Shown piece by piece: positions 13,326 to 27,257 of a DNA stretch of 64,000 bases. The notes below the pieces were generated by a model. The model had not been told where the DNA came from. It did not search any database and saw nothing but the letters and a program-made list of their open reading frames with translations. This DNA comes from Setoptus koraiensis (lineage: Eukaryota; Animalia; Arthropoda): the NCBI GenBank assembly GCA_048013815.1, contig CM106585.1, positions 7,750,001-7,814,000 of the forward strand, written 5' to 3'. The position numbers and the translations under genes are program-made. How positions within the stretch are numbered: position 1 is the stretch's first letter; each line of letters opens with the position of its first letter.

Positions 13326-13398
13326 TGTACCTGCCAGGTCTCGAACCTGGGACCTTCTGCGTGTTAGGCAGATGTGATAACCACTACACTACAGGTAC
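13326..13398 (-). tRNA. trnV-AAC: tRNA-Val, anticodon AAC (IAC)
   Basis: 73 nt. Acceptor stem GTACCTG/CAGGTAC, D arm with TAGTGTAGTGG A-box, anticodon arm TCTGC-CTAACAC-GCAGA, T arm CCAGG-TTCGAGA-CCTGG, discriminator A, no encoded CCA. Confidence 0.97.
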
Positions 13399-13555
13399 TC
13401 GATATGCTAAATAGCGACAATAGAGAATACAATTCCTATGCTGTTCATCGAATGTCATGTTATGAGCCGTTTAGCAAGAGATAACTGGATATTGTTTGGA
13501 TTCCGACGAGTCAGGGGCCTTTTTCTTTGACTCACTGCAGTTTGCTTTGGCGCAA

Positions 13556-13676
13556 TCAAGCACACTGACATGAAGAGCGCACGCACACAATAATACACAC
13601 ACACACACAATGAAATAAACTGGCTATGATGTTAATGAGCAACTGATAATGATTATCTTGAACTTGGAGGCGCCAC
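13556..13676 (-). CDS. Candidate terminal exon (WRLQVQDNHYQLLINIIASLFH...)
   Basis: Pyrimidine tract plus CACTAG|G acceptor, phase-compatible with the 13854 donor (178-bp intron). Open to TGA at 13556. Confidence 0.4.
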
Positions 13677-13854
13677 CTAGTGTCGAGATCGCAAAAGAAA
13701 CTTGGAGGCTTGAGGAAGAATGAGCGAGAGAAACGAATCCTTTGGGGCGCCAAATGGCGAACTCAACGGGAAAGAGGCCAAAAGGACGGACAATGTGAGA
13801 GATTCTCCCAATCTCTTAGATTTGGACCCGTAGAGAGAGTGCAAGGTAACTTAC

Positions 13855-14561
13855 CGCTTGGCGGCCATGTCATATGTCTTGAGTGCCTCGGCTGGCTCCA
13901 GCTCGAATGGATTGTCAAAAATAGTCAAGTGGCGCATTGGATCACAGGTGATCAATTGGTCGTTTGTTGTTGGTGTTGTTGTCGCTCGTTGAATTGTGTT
14001 TGCTGGTGCCGCTGTTGCTGTTGTGCGATCTATCAACGATTGACCAGCACTTATCATTGATCGATTATCTGGCTTGTCACACGACAACGACACTGAATTG
14101 GTGGAATTGGGACAGTTACCAGTGGCCATAATTAATGGTGCTGCACCGGCATCAGTGACAGTGTTGGTGGCTGCCAGCGAGGCCGACGGTAGCGAGGGCG
14201 CCGCCGTGGAGCCGCTCGAGATGGATCTGTCGGAATCGAACCAGGCGACACTTTTTTGCAACAGTCTCTTGCCGGTGTCCTCTGGCGCTGCTTGTTCTTG
14301 CTGGTTATTTTTTGAATTGTTGTTTGATGCAGTCGACGACATGGTTGTGCTTGTGTAGGCGCCCTCGTTGATGGGTGCATCCGTCAATGAGCTGCTGCAA
14401 GTTGAATGATGCTGCTGCTGCTGCTGCTGTTGTTGTTGGTAGTGGTTGATGTTGCCGTTGTTGTTGTTGTCGTTGTTGCTGCTACTGCTGCTGGCGCTGT
14501 TGCAATGGTCAGTGCTGCTGGGATAATGTTTATCGGTGTCTTGATTGATACGATTGCTAGT

Positions 14562-14618
<57 letters not shown>

Positions 14619-14815
14619 GAGCAATGATATTTTATTATTGTTGCTATTTCTACAAGTTGCCTTTTTCCTCACAATCACAGTGGTGGTCGAGTGTTGCTGC
14701 TGCTGCTGCTGTTGCTCGTTTGATTTGTCCTCACTTCGACAGGTGAAACAGGCAGATTTTTTGGCGCCAGCCAACGAAGCGGTGCACTTGTAGTTGGCTA
14801 AATGGGAATTAATGA
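13855..14815 (-). CDS. Low-complexity coding exon ending TIFDNPFELEPAEALKTYDMAAKR, unknown product
   Basis: 329-codon open frame with poly-N/poly-Q. Acceptor TGCAG|TC (phase 1) with upstream CTAAT. Donor CG|GTAAGT at 13854 (phase 2). Confidence 0.68.
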
Positions 14816-17800
14816 CTGCACATGCAGTTGCGATGAACACAGGGATTAGAAATAGAAAAATACTTGATCATTAGTGGTTTGTGCGATATTACAACGCTAG
14901 CTAGTAGTGGACTGGCTGGTATGGCTGCACTAGCTGTAGCAGCGATATAGTGGCTGATACAGTGGCTGATATAGTGGCAGATATAATGGCAGCAAAATTA
15001 CAAATAGGCTACGAATTGGACGGCGCTGCACACAATACTCTTTGATACACCTGTCTACAGCAGAATTGATTGTAATGTGCAATAAAAAGTGGTAATAACA
15101 GTCGACTAGTTGCATAAGTTTGTCGTCAACAAACGCCGCTGTTGTCGCGGTTGTCGCGGTTGTCGTCGTTGTTGTTGTTGTTGTTGTTGTCGTTGCTGTT
15201 GCTGTTGTTGCTGCTGTTGTTGTTGCTGCTGTTGCTGTTGTCGAATTACAAAACCATTTAAACGTTAACAGTGCATAATCGCACTGTGACGGCCAAGTGG
15301 CACCAACGGCAACAGTCACGAGTGTGTGTGTGTGTGTGTGTGTGAGAGAGGTGCCATGAGGTTAAATGACGATGATACATCAGCATGTAATCGGGATGTA
15401 ATCAGGATATTAGCAGGACATTAGCAGGATATGTGCAAAAAACAAAGCAGCCCTGCTAATAATAAGCACATTTTGTAACAGTAGTAGTGTCACTAATGGA
15501 TATCATCATCACAAATACAAATGATGACACACACACACACTCACGTTAATCGATACAAACATCAACAACAGTATTCTAATGTGTAATGGTGGCAATTAGC
15601 CACCACCATACCTGTGCGCCATGCTCTATAGCTCACTATTAGCCTACTAATCAAGCGCTCGAGCAGCCTAATAGACAGCTCAACTACTGGCATTACCTGT
15701 TAGATTAGCTTGCCAATTGTTGTTGTTGTTGTTGTTGTCGCTGTTGTTGTCAGCTGTTGTTGACAAATAAACTAACAGAGAGAGAGAGAGAGAACATTAG
15801 ATTGATCAATGATCATATAACAACAAATTATCATTCATTTTGCAACTCGCTCGCCAACGGCCTGTGCGGATTGTGTGCCAAACTCACCTGTCCGCTCTGC
15901 CGATTATTCCACACTGTGTATACAATATACAGCCGATTTAGCTCTAATGCCACGGAATATTCGGGGACCATTTCGGTGGTTGTTGTGACGCTGCAACTTG
16001 GAGGCAGCGTGCCGAGCCGGCCAAAACAACGACAACATGAACGACACAACAGCCAGATACGCTTCAGAGCAATTGTTTGCAAGGGGCGCTTCTCTTGATT
16101 TTTTCGCCGGCATTTTTCGCCGCGCGAACATCAACGCCAATTATGGGGCCAGTCAGTGCAAATTCATTGAACTGGTGCAAGCGGCCAGAGGCGAGCCCCG
16201 TTTGACATGACACTAAAAACGTTGCATCGACACACTGCTGCCCACGCCGAATTCAATTCTGCCCTCTCTCCCTTGCTCGCTCTCTCTCTCTCTCTCCCTT
16301 GCTCGCTCCATCTCCCTCTCGGGGCTTTTATTCTGACCAGAGTGGCATGGGAGCAGCACAAAGGCGATATTATATACACCAGCTAGATAGTGTGTGTGTA
16401 TATTGACACCGCGAGTGGCGGTGCTTAGCGGACGTTACGCAACCGGCTAATGGCGGACGCAGCCAAGGTGAACTAGATAATAGTTGGTTAACTGTTTGGC
16501 GCCTGTATCGGCGCCAAGCCAGCTCACAATCAATGAATAGCCTGGCCAAAGTTGCGAGCTGCTGCAGTTGCGCCGAAACACCGACGGCCGGCCGCATTGG
16601 GCCGGCAACTGGCTTGCCATTTTGGTAATGGTGGCGAGGGGCCGGAGTGGCTGGCTTTAGTTGATAATAAAAGACGACACAACATGGCCCATTCGAGCAA
16701 CCACGCCAAACGGATATGACCGCCCGTTATTTTCTGGCCGGCCCGTGTGCCGGTGCTCACACAATTTATATATACATTGTATATATATATATTAAAGGCC
16801 AGCTCGGCTCGAGCCAGCCAAATGTGTTATCGGTGATGTGAACCGACTGCACTAACTATGCGGCCAGCGCCCAAAGCTTTTGCCTGCCGGCTAAACGCCG
16901 ACCTGATAGATGAGGCTCCCCTATCCCCAAGCTGAAACGGTGCGCGTTATATATCGCGATTCGCGAAATATCTCGATCGCAGCAGCGACAGGTAGGTCGC
17001 TGTTTGGCGCCGATTACATGAGGCAGCCCAGTTGCTGCAATGTCAGTCGGTTGGCTAGATAATGTTACACGCACCGATAGCCGTTGATAATAACAAATCT
17101 CATCTTTTGCTTTAATGTTGTTGCTGTTGTTGGCGTCGCTGCTTTTGTTGTTGTTGTTGTTTTTGTGTGTGTGTTATAGCTGTCGGCTGAAGTTGCACGA
17201 GTTGTTAACATGACTGAATGGACAAATACACATTACATAACACAACCCCATACCCATATAGCACATAGTACAACACACACAAACGGTATTACACCGCCGA
17301 TTATGTTATTATAAAGCGTTATAAGATGGCCGCAGAGAAAGAGTCACCTTGAACTGAAATATATTTCTTGGCTCACCTGTGTTGCCTCACAGCACCAACC
17401 AGTGGTAAGTGCTGCTGTTGCTGTTGTAACAACAGCAACACAAAATAACACAATGCAGTTACAAAAGAGATAAAATTCGTCGTTGTTGCTGCTGCAAACA
17501 TTTCGCCCTCACTTGCCGCTCAATGTCCAGTTTGACCGCTGCCGATAGTCATCATTTGCTGTCCAACGCGCACGTTATTATATGGCCAGATAATATTATT
17601 TTTTTTACTATATATTATAAATCAGATTGGCGCCAGCCGAACATGCTATAACATTTATAACAACACAAATAACAAACACCCAGCGCCAGTTTATAATGGC
17701 TCACTCTCTAATGGCGCACAATAGATTTACGCTAGATAGATCATGTTCAGTCGCGACTCGCGATGCAACAACAACACCAACAATGGCGCCCCTGGCAACC

Positions 17801-20800
17801 TGTGTACACCTGATGCAATAAATCTTATCAAAGTAACTATCGTCTGACACATTTATCTCTAGATGATAATAAATTATCACACTGTTGTCAATAACAATCT
17901 GTTCATGATGGTAATTGAATTCACAATATTCTCAACAAAATATCGCGCACTCATTGGCACTTCTCGCCATTGCACGAAGCCTCCGCTACCGCTTACAATG
18001 AAGCCGCTATATATATTTTAAATCATAAAATAATTCTACAAGTTGCATTTCATATTTTATATTTTGGATATTTTGTTCATGCAAATGACAGCAATTTATA
18101 AGCAAAGTGACAGTTTAGTAATGTGCAAATTCGCAAATCGCGCCCGCCAAATCAATTCAGTAAGATTTAAATTAAGTTTTCTGTGATCCAAGCATGAGTG
18201 AAATTGGAGAAGAATATTTTCATCGGATGATTGAATTTTCACAAATAGACCTCATTCCCTCTATCGGCTGTAGCTCTCGAGCCGGATGTTAACCGGGCAG
18301 AGAGGCTCTTGTCGCCGCTTGAAACGTTAACCGTTAACGCTTAACGAAGATATTCAATATTGCCGCTAGAACCAATAGCGAAACAATGCGAATGAGAAAT
18401 GCTAGATGGCGTTGGGTTTGACCAAACTGGGCCAGTTGTTACGTAAGAAACGGTACATTGCACGTTATATAGTACGTGACGTAGTGACGCCACTGCGTAA
18501 CAGGATTTTTTGTGAAGATTATGTCCACCAGATGCCGTTCCAGTCAGCGACTCAAACAATCAATGTTGGCAGCCAGTGGGGCCCGGCGCACTAATCTCAC
18601 GCTTGCCACGGGTGGGGGGGGATATAGACAAAGTTTGCGAGTTTATCGAAATCCCTCATACATCTAATGGGCTGATAATCAGATGAGATTGGACACCGGG
18701 GACCTCGCTAGTTGCATTACGGTGACTTTTGAGTTGACGGGATAACAAAATCCGCCAATCAGTGAAAGGCTCGAGTTTTGCGAGGCTCGAGTTTTGCGAA
18801 GCTCGAGTTTTCGCAACGAAAAAGTCGGTAAAGTTGCCAGGTTTTTTTAGTAAAGTTGCGAGTGGCGAGCGTTCTCTGTCGAGCCCCAATCGCACGGGAA
18901 ATACTATTAGTTAGTAAGCGACGGGGCTCCAACTATTTACGGGCCTCGCCAGAAAAAATGACTCTAGGTTGAGCCATAATTCATTCTGTGCGATTTGAAA
19001 AGCCACTGAAAATTGCGCGCGCGCAATGCCTACAACAATGACAAAAGAAAATGGCCCCCGCGTAAATTGATGAACAATTCCTTTCAAGTTTAAAATGTCG
19101 GGCTTGAAATGTAAATTTCCTGTTGTCTGTTGATGCTTATCGCTGGTTACGCTGCACGAGGGCCCATTACGGGATATTCGTGTTGTCTTTCACAAGCGCA
19201 AATTTGGAAATGTTTACGAAAATTGGTGACTTTTCGTAAACTTTTTTGCGCTTTTTAGTGCTTGAGTGGATGCCATTTAAAACGAGCTGCTCCACGAATT
19301 TTCTGGCGTGATCATGTGAATCGAGTGAATGAGGTTCTCTTCGTATAATTTATTATTATGTGGGCGCTGTAATCGGCGGCACGGAAAACAAACAACAACA
19401 TCACGTCGCCATATCAACAAGTCTGCAAGCCGGATATTATGCGGATATTCCGGCCATGCTGACTGGTAATTTGTACAGTGATAGGCAATGGATGGACGGG
19501 GCGACGTGATCGGTCATGAATCGATCACCATAAACAGATCACGACGGGATAGTTTGAGTGGGCCGTTGCAGCCCGATAACGAGCCCTAATGGCTAAATGA
19601 TTAACTAAAACAACAAATGGCCCCCAAAGACAATAAACGCACATAAACAAAGACACCATGGCGCCGCCAAGTGGACATGTGACCCATTTAAACTTTGATG
19701 GATAGACATGGCAGTGGGCACGCTGGCCTCGTTGAGAGCTTGAGGCCCATGAATTTCGCCTGGCTGATTTTGTATTGTCGCGTACGAGGATAAGTGTACG
19801 TGTGCGGCAATGTCAAGACGCGTTACTAGCACGGTGTTAGTTTTTTATTTACATGTGGTGTGTCGTTGTTGCTGTGTCGTTGTTGTTGTGTCGTTGTTGT
19901 TGTGTCGTTGTTGCTGCTTCGTTGTTGTTATGCCGTTGTTGTTGTGCCGTTGTTGTTGTGCTTGCGTTGGGGCCCGCCAGCCGCCGCACTCATCGGGAAT
20001 GGCACAACTACTGCGGCCGGCGTGCCGCGAGCGATGTGTTTTGAGGCCCAATGAGGGGCCCCAAAACACATCCAACTAATAGATTGAGATAGATAGGAGA
20101 TAGTTGGCAAAAGACAATTATTTTGTAGGCTCGACAATTGGCGTCGTTTTGTGTGCTGGTGTGAAAAGACAGCGCGCGACACAAACAAACGAGCCACGAC
20201 GCTAGCGATCTGCCAGCGAGCTTGCCAGCCAGCCAGCCAGCAGCGAGCACTCAGTCATTTAGCCAGACAGACAGTTAGTTAGCGCGACACACTTTATCTC
20301 ACAAGTAGTGAGTGGCGCTTATTTGCAAACTTTTGCCAGCCAGTCAGTCTGTCAGTCATTCGGTCGCAGCCGAAATCCGCCGGCGCGCGCCCAACCAAAC
20401 GACACAACAAAACAAATCTTGTCTAGACGCCAGTCGGACGAGATAAAATCTTTTTTGCCAGTCCCCCCCCTCCATTCTCAATTACTTTCCTATCGCTTTA
20501 CTTTTCCCCGTCACCGAATACGTCTGGTTAAATCAATTGTTTTGGTTTGCGGGCTGGGCGAGCCGGCACAACGAGCCACCGCCGACAAACTGACAGCCAC
20601 GACACGAGCAAAACTATATCGCCGGCTATAAACACACACACACACACGAGAACAGCAACGAGACAGAGAATGATAAAAAGCTTCTGGCGAGCTTGTTCCA
20701 GCGTGGGCTGACTGGCAAAAAATCGTGAGCATCTCATTCGCGTTTATCCCTCGATGGGGGGCGGGCGGGCGGCGCCGGACAGAGACGGGCCCCACGAAGA

Positions 20801-22396
20801 CCTCCCCCTGTCACACGAATCACGGCAATGGCTGGCGCATCGTGCCGGTGTGTGCCAGTGTGTTTTTTCTGGGGGAGGATATATTATGAATAAAAAACGA
20901 AACGGCGAGTGGCGTGGCCATTTGCAATTTCAATGAAAAAATAAATATCCAACATTGTCGGCCAAGCGGCCAACTGTCAGGGGATTGTTGCAACAGGGCC
21001 CCTCGTGTGACTGTAATACAACATGTCAGACATGTGTGCGTATAATGATAATAGCAATAATGAATATTTTCAGCCCAGCCCCCCTTCGTGCCGTCCAAAT
21101 ATCCACTAAAGAGCAGATATTTAGACACACACACACAAACAAAATCACACCACACCTATAGAGCTGGCCAGTGCGAGCCGCATGCAACTGACCGAGCGAG
21201 GTAATACTGTCACCGGCGAGAATAAATTAACAATGGCAACAAGATATAAATGGTCCGCAGGGTCATCTATCTAAGCGAATCTATCCGCTTTATATTCACG
21301 TGATGATAGTCGCGCATCGTATCAGTGGCACCATCTTGCTGGGCCCGCTCGGGCCTCATTATTTCGCGCTTGGCGCCCGGTTGTGTTGTGCCGTCGCGTT
21401 GGCCGGATCTGATGATCTTAACCGGCCGGCTGGCGGCCAGTCAGTCAGGCATATGATTCCGGCCAGATCAGTGGTAAGCGAGCGAGATTTGCCTGTGGTG
21501 GGGGCAGGCGCTTCAAACGACCAAGTAATCGACTCCAGTTGTCGAGCCGGCCAGCATTATGATGCAAGCCGGCGTTGTTGTCGCTGTTGTTGTTGTTCGC
21601 AGTCGGTTCGCAGTCGGTTCGCAGCCAATTCGAATGCATCCCCACTCGGCATTTTCAAGCGGTGCGCTGATATAAAGTAGATAAAATTCACCGCTGTCGC
21701 CGCATAAGTAGCTCAGCTAGCCAAGGCTGGCTGGCTGGCTGGCCAATGTGAAAAGTGGCCAACAAAACTGGCGGCCATGTGTAAATCCAACGTTACATTT
21801 GCGCGCGATCAATAATAATCCTCGACGTCGTTCGGATAGTCGGACAGTCGGATAGTCGGCCGACTCGAGCGACTCGATCCCGGCCAGCCAAGACACCCGA
21901 GGAATATTTTCGCTGCCTGCTGATAGTTTAACACCAACATAATTGATAGATAAATGGGGCCAAATCACGTGCGCCGGCCGAATGATTAATAGTATAGATG
22001 CTGATACGTTTAATGTTGCCAATGTTGCCTGCGCACTCTATCAGGCGACGATAGGCGACAACAATCTCTAGCCAATGTTAATAGTGGCATCACAAAATTG
22101 ACAGGTGAAATGGTCAGCTCCGAGAGTGAGCTGTAAAAGTGACTTGTGTGGGGGAGTTGGTCGAGTGCGGCTCCCACCGAGGGAGGTTTCGTATGACCAT
22201 TATCACCATTAACAGCTCTGGCTGGCTCGCTTCCCCAGTTTCCATGTTGATTCGACCGATATTATCGAATACAGAGAGAGAGAGAGAGGGGCCCACTCGA
22301 ACGAGAGAGAGAGAGAGCAACCAGTGAGCCAGCCGGACCAGGTGACCGCGAACGGCGCACAACCAAGCAAAGAATATTAATGACCGGCCAGCTCGG

Positions 22397-22494
22397 CCAT
22401 CGAGGCCGGCTCGACCATCGAGGCTGGCCCGACCATCGAGGCCGGCCTGACCATCGGGGCCAGCTTGACCATTGAGGCCAGCCAGACCGGCTTG
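22397..22494. repeat. Degenerate 18-bp tandem repeat x~5 (GACCATCGAGGCCGGCYY)
   Basis: Read directly from the sequence. Confidence 0.8.
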
Positions 22495-25400
22495 GCCAGC
22501 TAGGCTAGATCAACACAGGCTGGCTGACAGGCCCACAGGCCGGCCAACAAAGCGGATTCAAGTTACACGATAAGCGTAAATTGATGTTTGTAGCCAATTT
22601 CATCATCCACTTGATGGCGTGTTGTTGATATTGTGTTTGTGATGCAATAGCCCCGTTATGAGGCCAAGCTGGGGCCCCATATGCTGCTGTGTGGTGCGTG
22701 TGAGCTGTTTCGAGACGCCTCAACTCAACGGCATGCACACCACAGAACCACTTACACCACTCACCTGTTATTTACCGTTATTACTGCAAATTAAAGGCAT
22801 TAATAGGCGCTACAATGCAGTAACTTATTTCCACACAGCTCACATGACCGCCACCGACTCAAATGAGCCACCTGGCGGACAAACCCGCGCAAACCCGCAC
22901 AAACCCGCACAAACCCGCACAAACCCGCACAAACTCGGACGAACCGAACGCCACCTCTGGCGGCCCCCGAGGAAATATCCAACGTGTGGCCAGTTATTGA
23001 TTGGGCAGGTTGAATGTTTGCCAATGTCAGGCTAATGGCCAGTTGTTAGTCCCTGTGGCTTATATTGTATCTATATCTTTGCATTACATATAATACATAA
23101 TATGGCAACAAAGTCAGTCAGTCATCGCGCGCCACAGCTACTTGGATTGGATATTTTCTTTGTTCGTGCTCGCGCTTCGAATACGGTGTGTAAGGGGCCA
23201 AAATTTATAACAACTATTTGTTGTTGTTTTTTCGCGCCCTCCAGCATTGTGTTGTTATCAGCTGCGAATGTTGATCGAGTGGCCGCTGGCTATACAGTCT
23301 CCGGGGCTATAAATGGGGCCAGAGTTTGTTTGTTTCAATGCAAACAACAGTCAGAGGAATAAAGTGATGAATAATGATAATAATGCACACTCGCGTATAA
23401 CAAGCGGCCAGATAACAATTTATTGCTGACTTTTGTTGCGTCGCTCGGTCGCTTTATCTCTCGGTTGAGGTCGCTGGGGCCGACTTATGCTAGCCCATCG
23501 GGCCGAGCCAATGGAAACACCTTGACCAGCTATTAATATTATTGTTGTTGTCATTATTATTATTATTATTATTATTGTGTGCCGCTGAGTAAGCTTCGAG
23601 CAACGACTTAGCTGCCACCGCCAGCGCGTCCGCTGCAATTGAACGATGATTAACAATAAGATAGCTCGCCAACGGAGCTAGGTGTCAGGTGCCAACTAGC
23701 CGGCCATATGTGCACTACCGAGGGCCTATTGTCTAACTGCAATATGTCGGTTGGCTGCCAGAGGCGACATGATATGGCGTGTTGTTAGCGAGGTGAATAA
23801 CTTGCGCATTAGATCGAGTTGCGTATGTTCCGCTTGGCGCCCCCGTTTCCCATTGAACGGTCCCCTCGCTGTTGCATTGATTAATCTATGGCATATATAT
23901 ATATATATATATTTATATATAACCGTATATAACCGTGCGCCTTCTAGTTACACAACCAACTCGCCAGAAACATCCAACAAAGTACCGCTGGACAACAAGC
24001 AATAGCGGGCCCCATCTATACAGTGTTAATACATGTTCTCTCGCTCTCTGTCAACGTCTAGCTGGTGTGATCGGCTCATGTGTTCGTGCCCGGGTTTGAT
24101 GAAAATAATGATACTGGCACACACGAAGGCCTTAGAAATAAAGTAAGAAAAAAGCCACTGGCCCCTTATTGAGCCGCCTCTTCGTGTACTTGCAATCATG
24201 TGATCAATAATCTCCCTTTGTGGTAGTGATGCTTGTTAGATTTGTTGTCATTGTTGTTGTTTAATACAAGCCATTATATGGTGGCGAGCGTGGAAACTTC
24301 TTCGATATTCCGAGAAAGGGAGAGAGAGAAAAAGGGAGGCAACGAGAAAGAAAATCATCATATAATGCGGCTCAACAATAGCGACCGTGGACGCCGTCGT
24401 GGACCATGCATCCCCACACCAGCCAATGGAAATAGCAGAAATAATGATGATACAATCGATCAATTGTTATGTGTCCATTAAGTCCGCTAATTGGGATTCG
24501 ATCGCATGATGCAGCGACCCAGGCTCGCCCCACGAATATCAACAACTCGATAAGGTCTGTGACTTGGATAATTGATCCAATTGGCCGCCTTAGTTCGGCA
24601 TCGATCTTGCCAATTCGAGCTCTTGCGGATCTCGCACAGCTGTGAATCGGCACTCTGTATACGGATAAATGGCTACATAAATGTCTATGTTATCGCACTC
24701 GCCTGCTGGCTTACGGCCCGAGGGCCATGTGAGCCCGACCGAACTGTATTGAGGGCTCTGTCGGAGCGTGCTATTTATTATTGGGATGACATTTGACGGT
24801 GGAAGGTCAATGATAATTAGGCCAGACACAATTTAGGCTTTTTTGTGCTCATTTTCCGGAAAAGGAAACTCTTGAACTTTGATAATTTCAGCAAGTACTG
24901 AATAGAACGATCTTTTAAGGGCTCCAATTTCATCTCTTTCTTACTCTTTTTGTCCATGTCACCGGATATTTTTAGATGATAGAAAAAGATATCGTTCGGC
25001 TGGAAAGTTCGAAGTTCGGAACGAGTGCACTGGGACAACAAAGATAAAATTGCGCCAACTTTTGTCTAGTTTAATCGGGCGATACACGCAAGAGGAAGTA
25101 ACCTAGAATGTCTTTTCAATACAATTATAGGAGCTCGAAACCGAACTCAATCCGGATTTTCATATACATACACCATTCAATTGCCTCATGAATCGTGAAG
25201 CGAAAGAGATGGAGAGGCGAGCCTTTCTTTCTGGTAATATAAGCTTCAATTAAACCCTGGTTATCTGTTCAGGATAGCGACAGCTGTATCTCTCAATGTA
25301 GTAATTCAAATCAGATCGAATTTGAATTTAATCGAACCATCTCAGGGGAAGGCGCATTTATGACAATTCAAACAGGAACAATTTTTAATGGTTGGTTGAA

Positions 25401-27139
25401 TTTCGGTTGTATCACGATCCATCATGAGCCCTCATGAGTCTATGGCCATAGAGCCCACATCGGTTTGGAATGCATCATTTGATCGCGCATTTTTCAGACA
25501 TAGAAATCTTCAAATTTGCCTATCCTCAGACAATTTTGGAAAGATGCAGAGATAAGGGTTCGATGAGACTGCAATTGTGAGTTGAAACTTAGCAAAGTTG
25601 CCACTTTCATTGGTTGCGCTTTGGGTCGACATGAAAAATCTGTGAGATCAATGCTTATGTCGAATGTATCATGCCGAAAAGTGATCGAGAAAGTCGAAAC
25701 TAACGAGATTTCGGCCTGAGAATCGTGTCGGCCATTAGTTGGCCTTGTTAGCTGGGATAGGTTAGCCTAAAGTGAGCGAATAGAACGGTTATTTGATTCG
25801 ACCGTGGCGTGCGTCTATTCATCAGTTCTGTTCATGCCAGTCATTAGTGGGATAAAGAAACTAGTTACGTAACGTAGTTGTGTTGTTATCGTTTTCTCGA
25901 GTGGGTCCACTTGTACGGCCAAAGCAAACACACATTCACACAATTCATTAGGTTACAATACGTGCCATTTATGAGCTATCTATATGTGTGTGTCATGATA
26001 GCAGCTATTTCGAGCCGATCCTTTATCTGCGCTCATTATTTATGTAGTAGCTCTATCCGTGTATGAAGAAGGCCCGCCGAGTTAGTGCAAAGAGTACTGT
26101 TTACTGCACTTAAGCTGAATAAGTTACGCTACTAGCGACCAATTTACTTTGCACAACTAATCGGCCAATCAATTCAGTTCATACGGTCTAGATTCGTCTA
26201 ATTAGTTGAGTTTAGTTTGTACTTTGCATTAGTGCATATTCATAAATATCAATTGAATGGTTGCACGTAGCTCGACTTGCGAGTGGGTTCATTTCTGATC
26301 CCTATTGACTGTGTATCCAGGTGTATTCCGATGAAGCGTGCATTTGTTTACAATCTGCCCGTTTTATATAATATATGACGGCCCGCCAATACATAATTGG
26401 TCAAGATTTCGCCGATCATCGCCGTTAATGGCGTTATTAATGACACAGTAGTTCGGACTCATCTCAGACACATACAAGCGACTCGTGCAATGGACAGATA
26501 AGCCAACTGAATGATGGCAGGCCAAATATGACACTTCTATCATGTCGCTAGCTAAAAAAGAAGACAAAATAAAATGAGTGGCTCCACTGGGTCGAGTGCC
26601 GGTCCCCATTGGGCACTTATTGGTCGGTTGTTTGTCTGACTTAATGTGAGCGATCCCGTTTTCTGGCTTATTTCACATAGATATAGAGCTACTGGATAAT
26701 CAATCATGACAATATTACGAGTTTTTAAAAGCCGCAAGCACCAATCCCACGGTCATAACCACTTATCTGCCAACACAAACACACAAACTCGAACAAACGA
26801 GCTAACCAGCTGATGAAGCGACAATTTATTTTCAATCTATCAATTTGCAACCAGAAAAATAACAAGCCGAATGGCGAGATTTCGGTGTGGATTAAAGGCC
26901 AATTGGCGGAATGGATATTTCCGTTCCTACAGTAACGCTGTGTAAGCGATTTGCCGCAGCCGTTCAGAAGTTTTCACTGGAACGATTATTGTTTCGCACC
27001 AAATTATTGCTGGATTGCAAATTTCTCGCCGCCTATTGATTGTGGGGGGAGGGGTGGGGGGGGGGCGTTATTGGCTTGGAATTGTTGACCAGTTAACTTG
27101 ATCACCGGCGTGCTAGGATCACTGTATCACTGCAGCAGC

Positions 27140-27257
27140 TATAAACGGCGACCAGCAGCGCTGAATAGCAACGCAGTTAGTTGGGACCTAGCGATCGCGA
27201 GCAACTCGATCGCGTGCAAACAATAACCGATATTGTCAGCTCAATTACTTTGTAAGC
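27140..27257 (+). promoter_or_regulatory. Candidate TATA + Inr-like core promoter and first donor
   Basis: TATAAA 27140-27145, GCAGTT 27173-27178, GTAAGC 27252-27257. G-tract 27044-27065 lies upstream. Confidence 0.4.

Noticed and set aside
21202-21212. TAATACTGTCA matching the 5' end of miR-8/miR-200
   Set aside because: The match stops after 11 nt and no complementary arm is present.
21717-22022. ORF with LLIIRP..W, vaguely like Sec14-GEF ALIIKP..FW
   Set aside because: The similarity is only a few residues with no supporting splice structure. It also shows how easily such matches arise, so the Sec14 inference for the giant gene was down-weighted.
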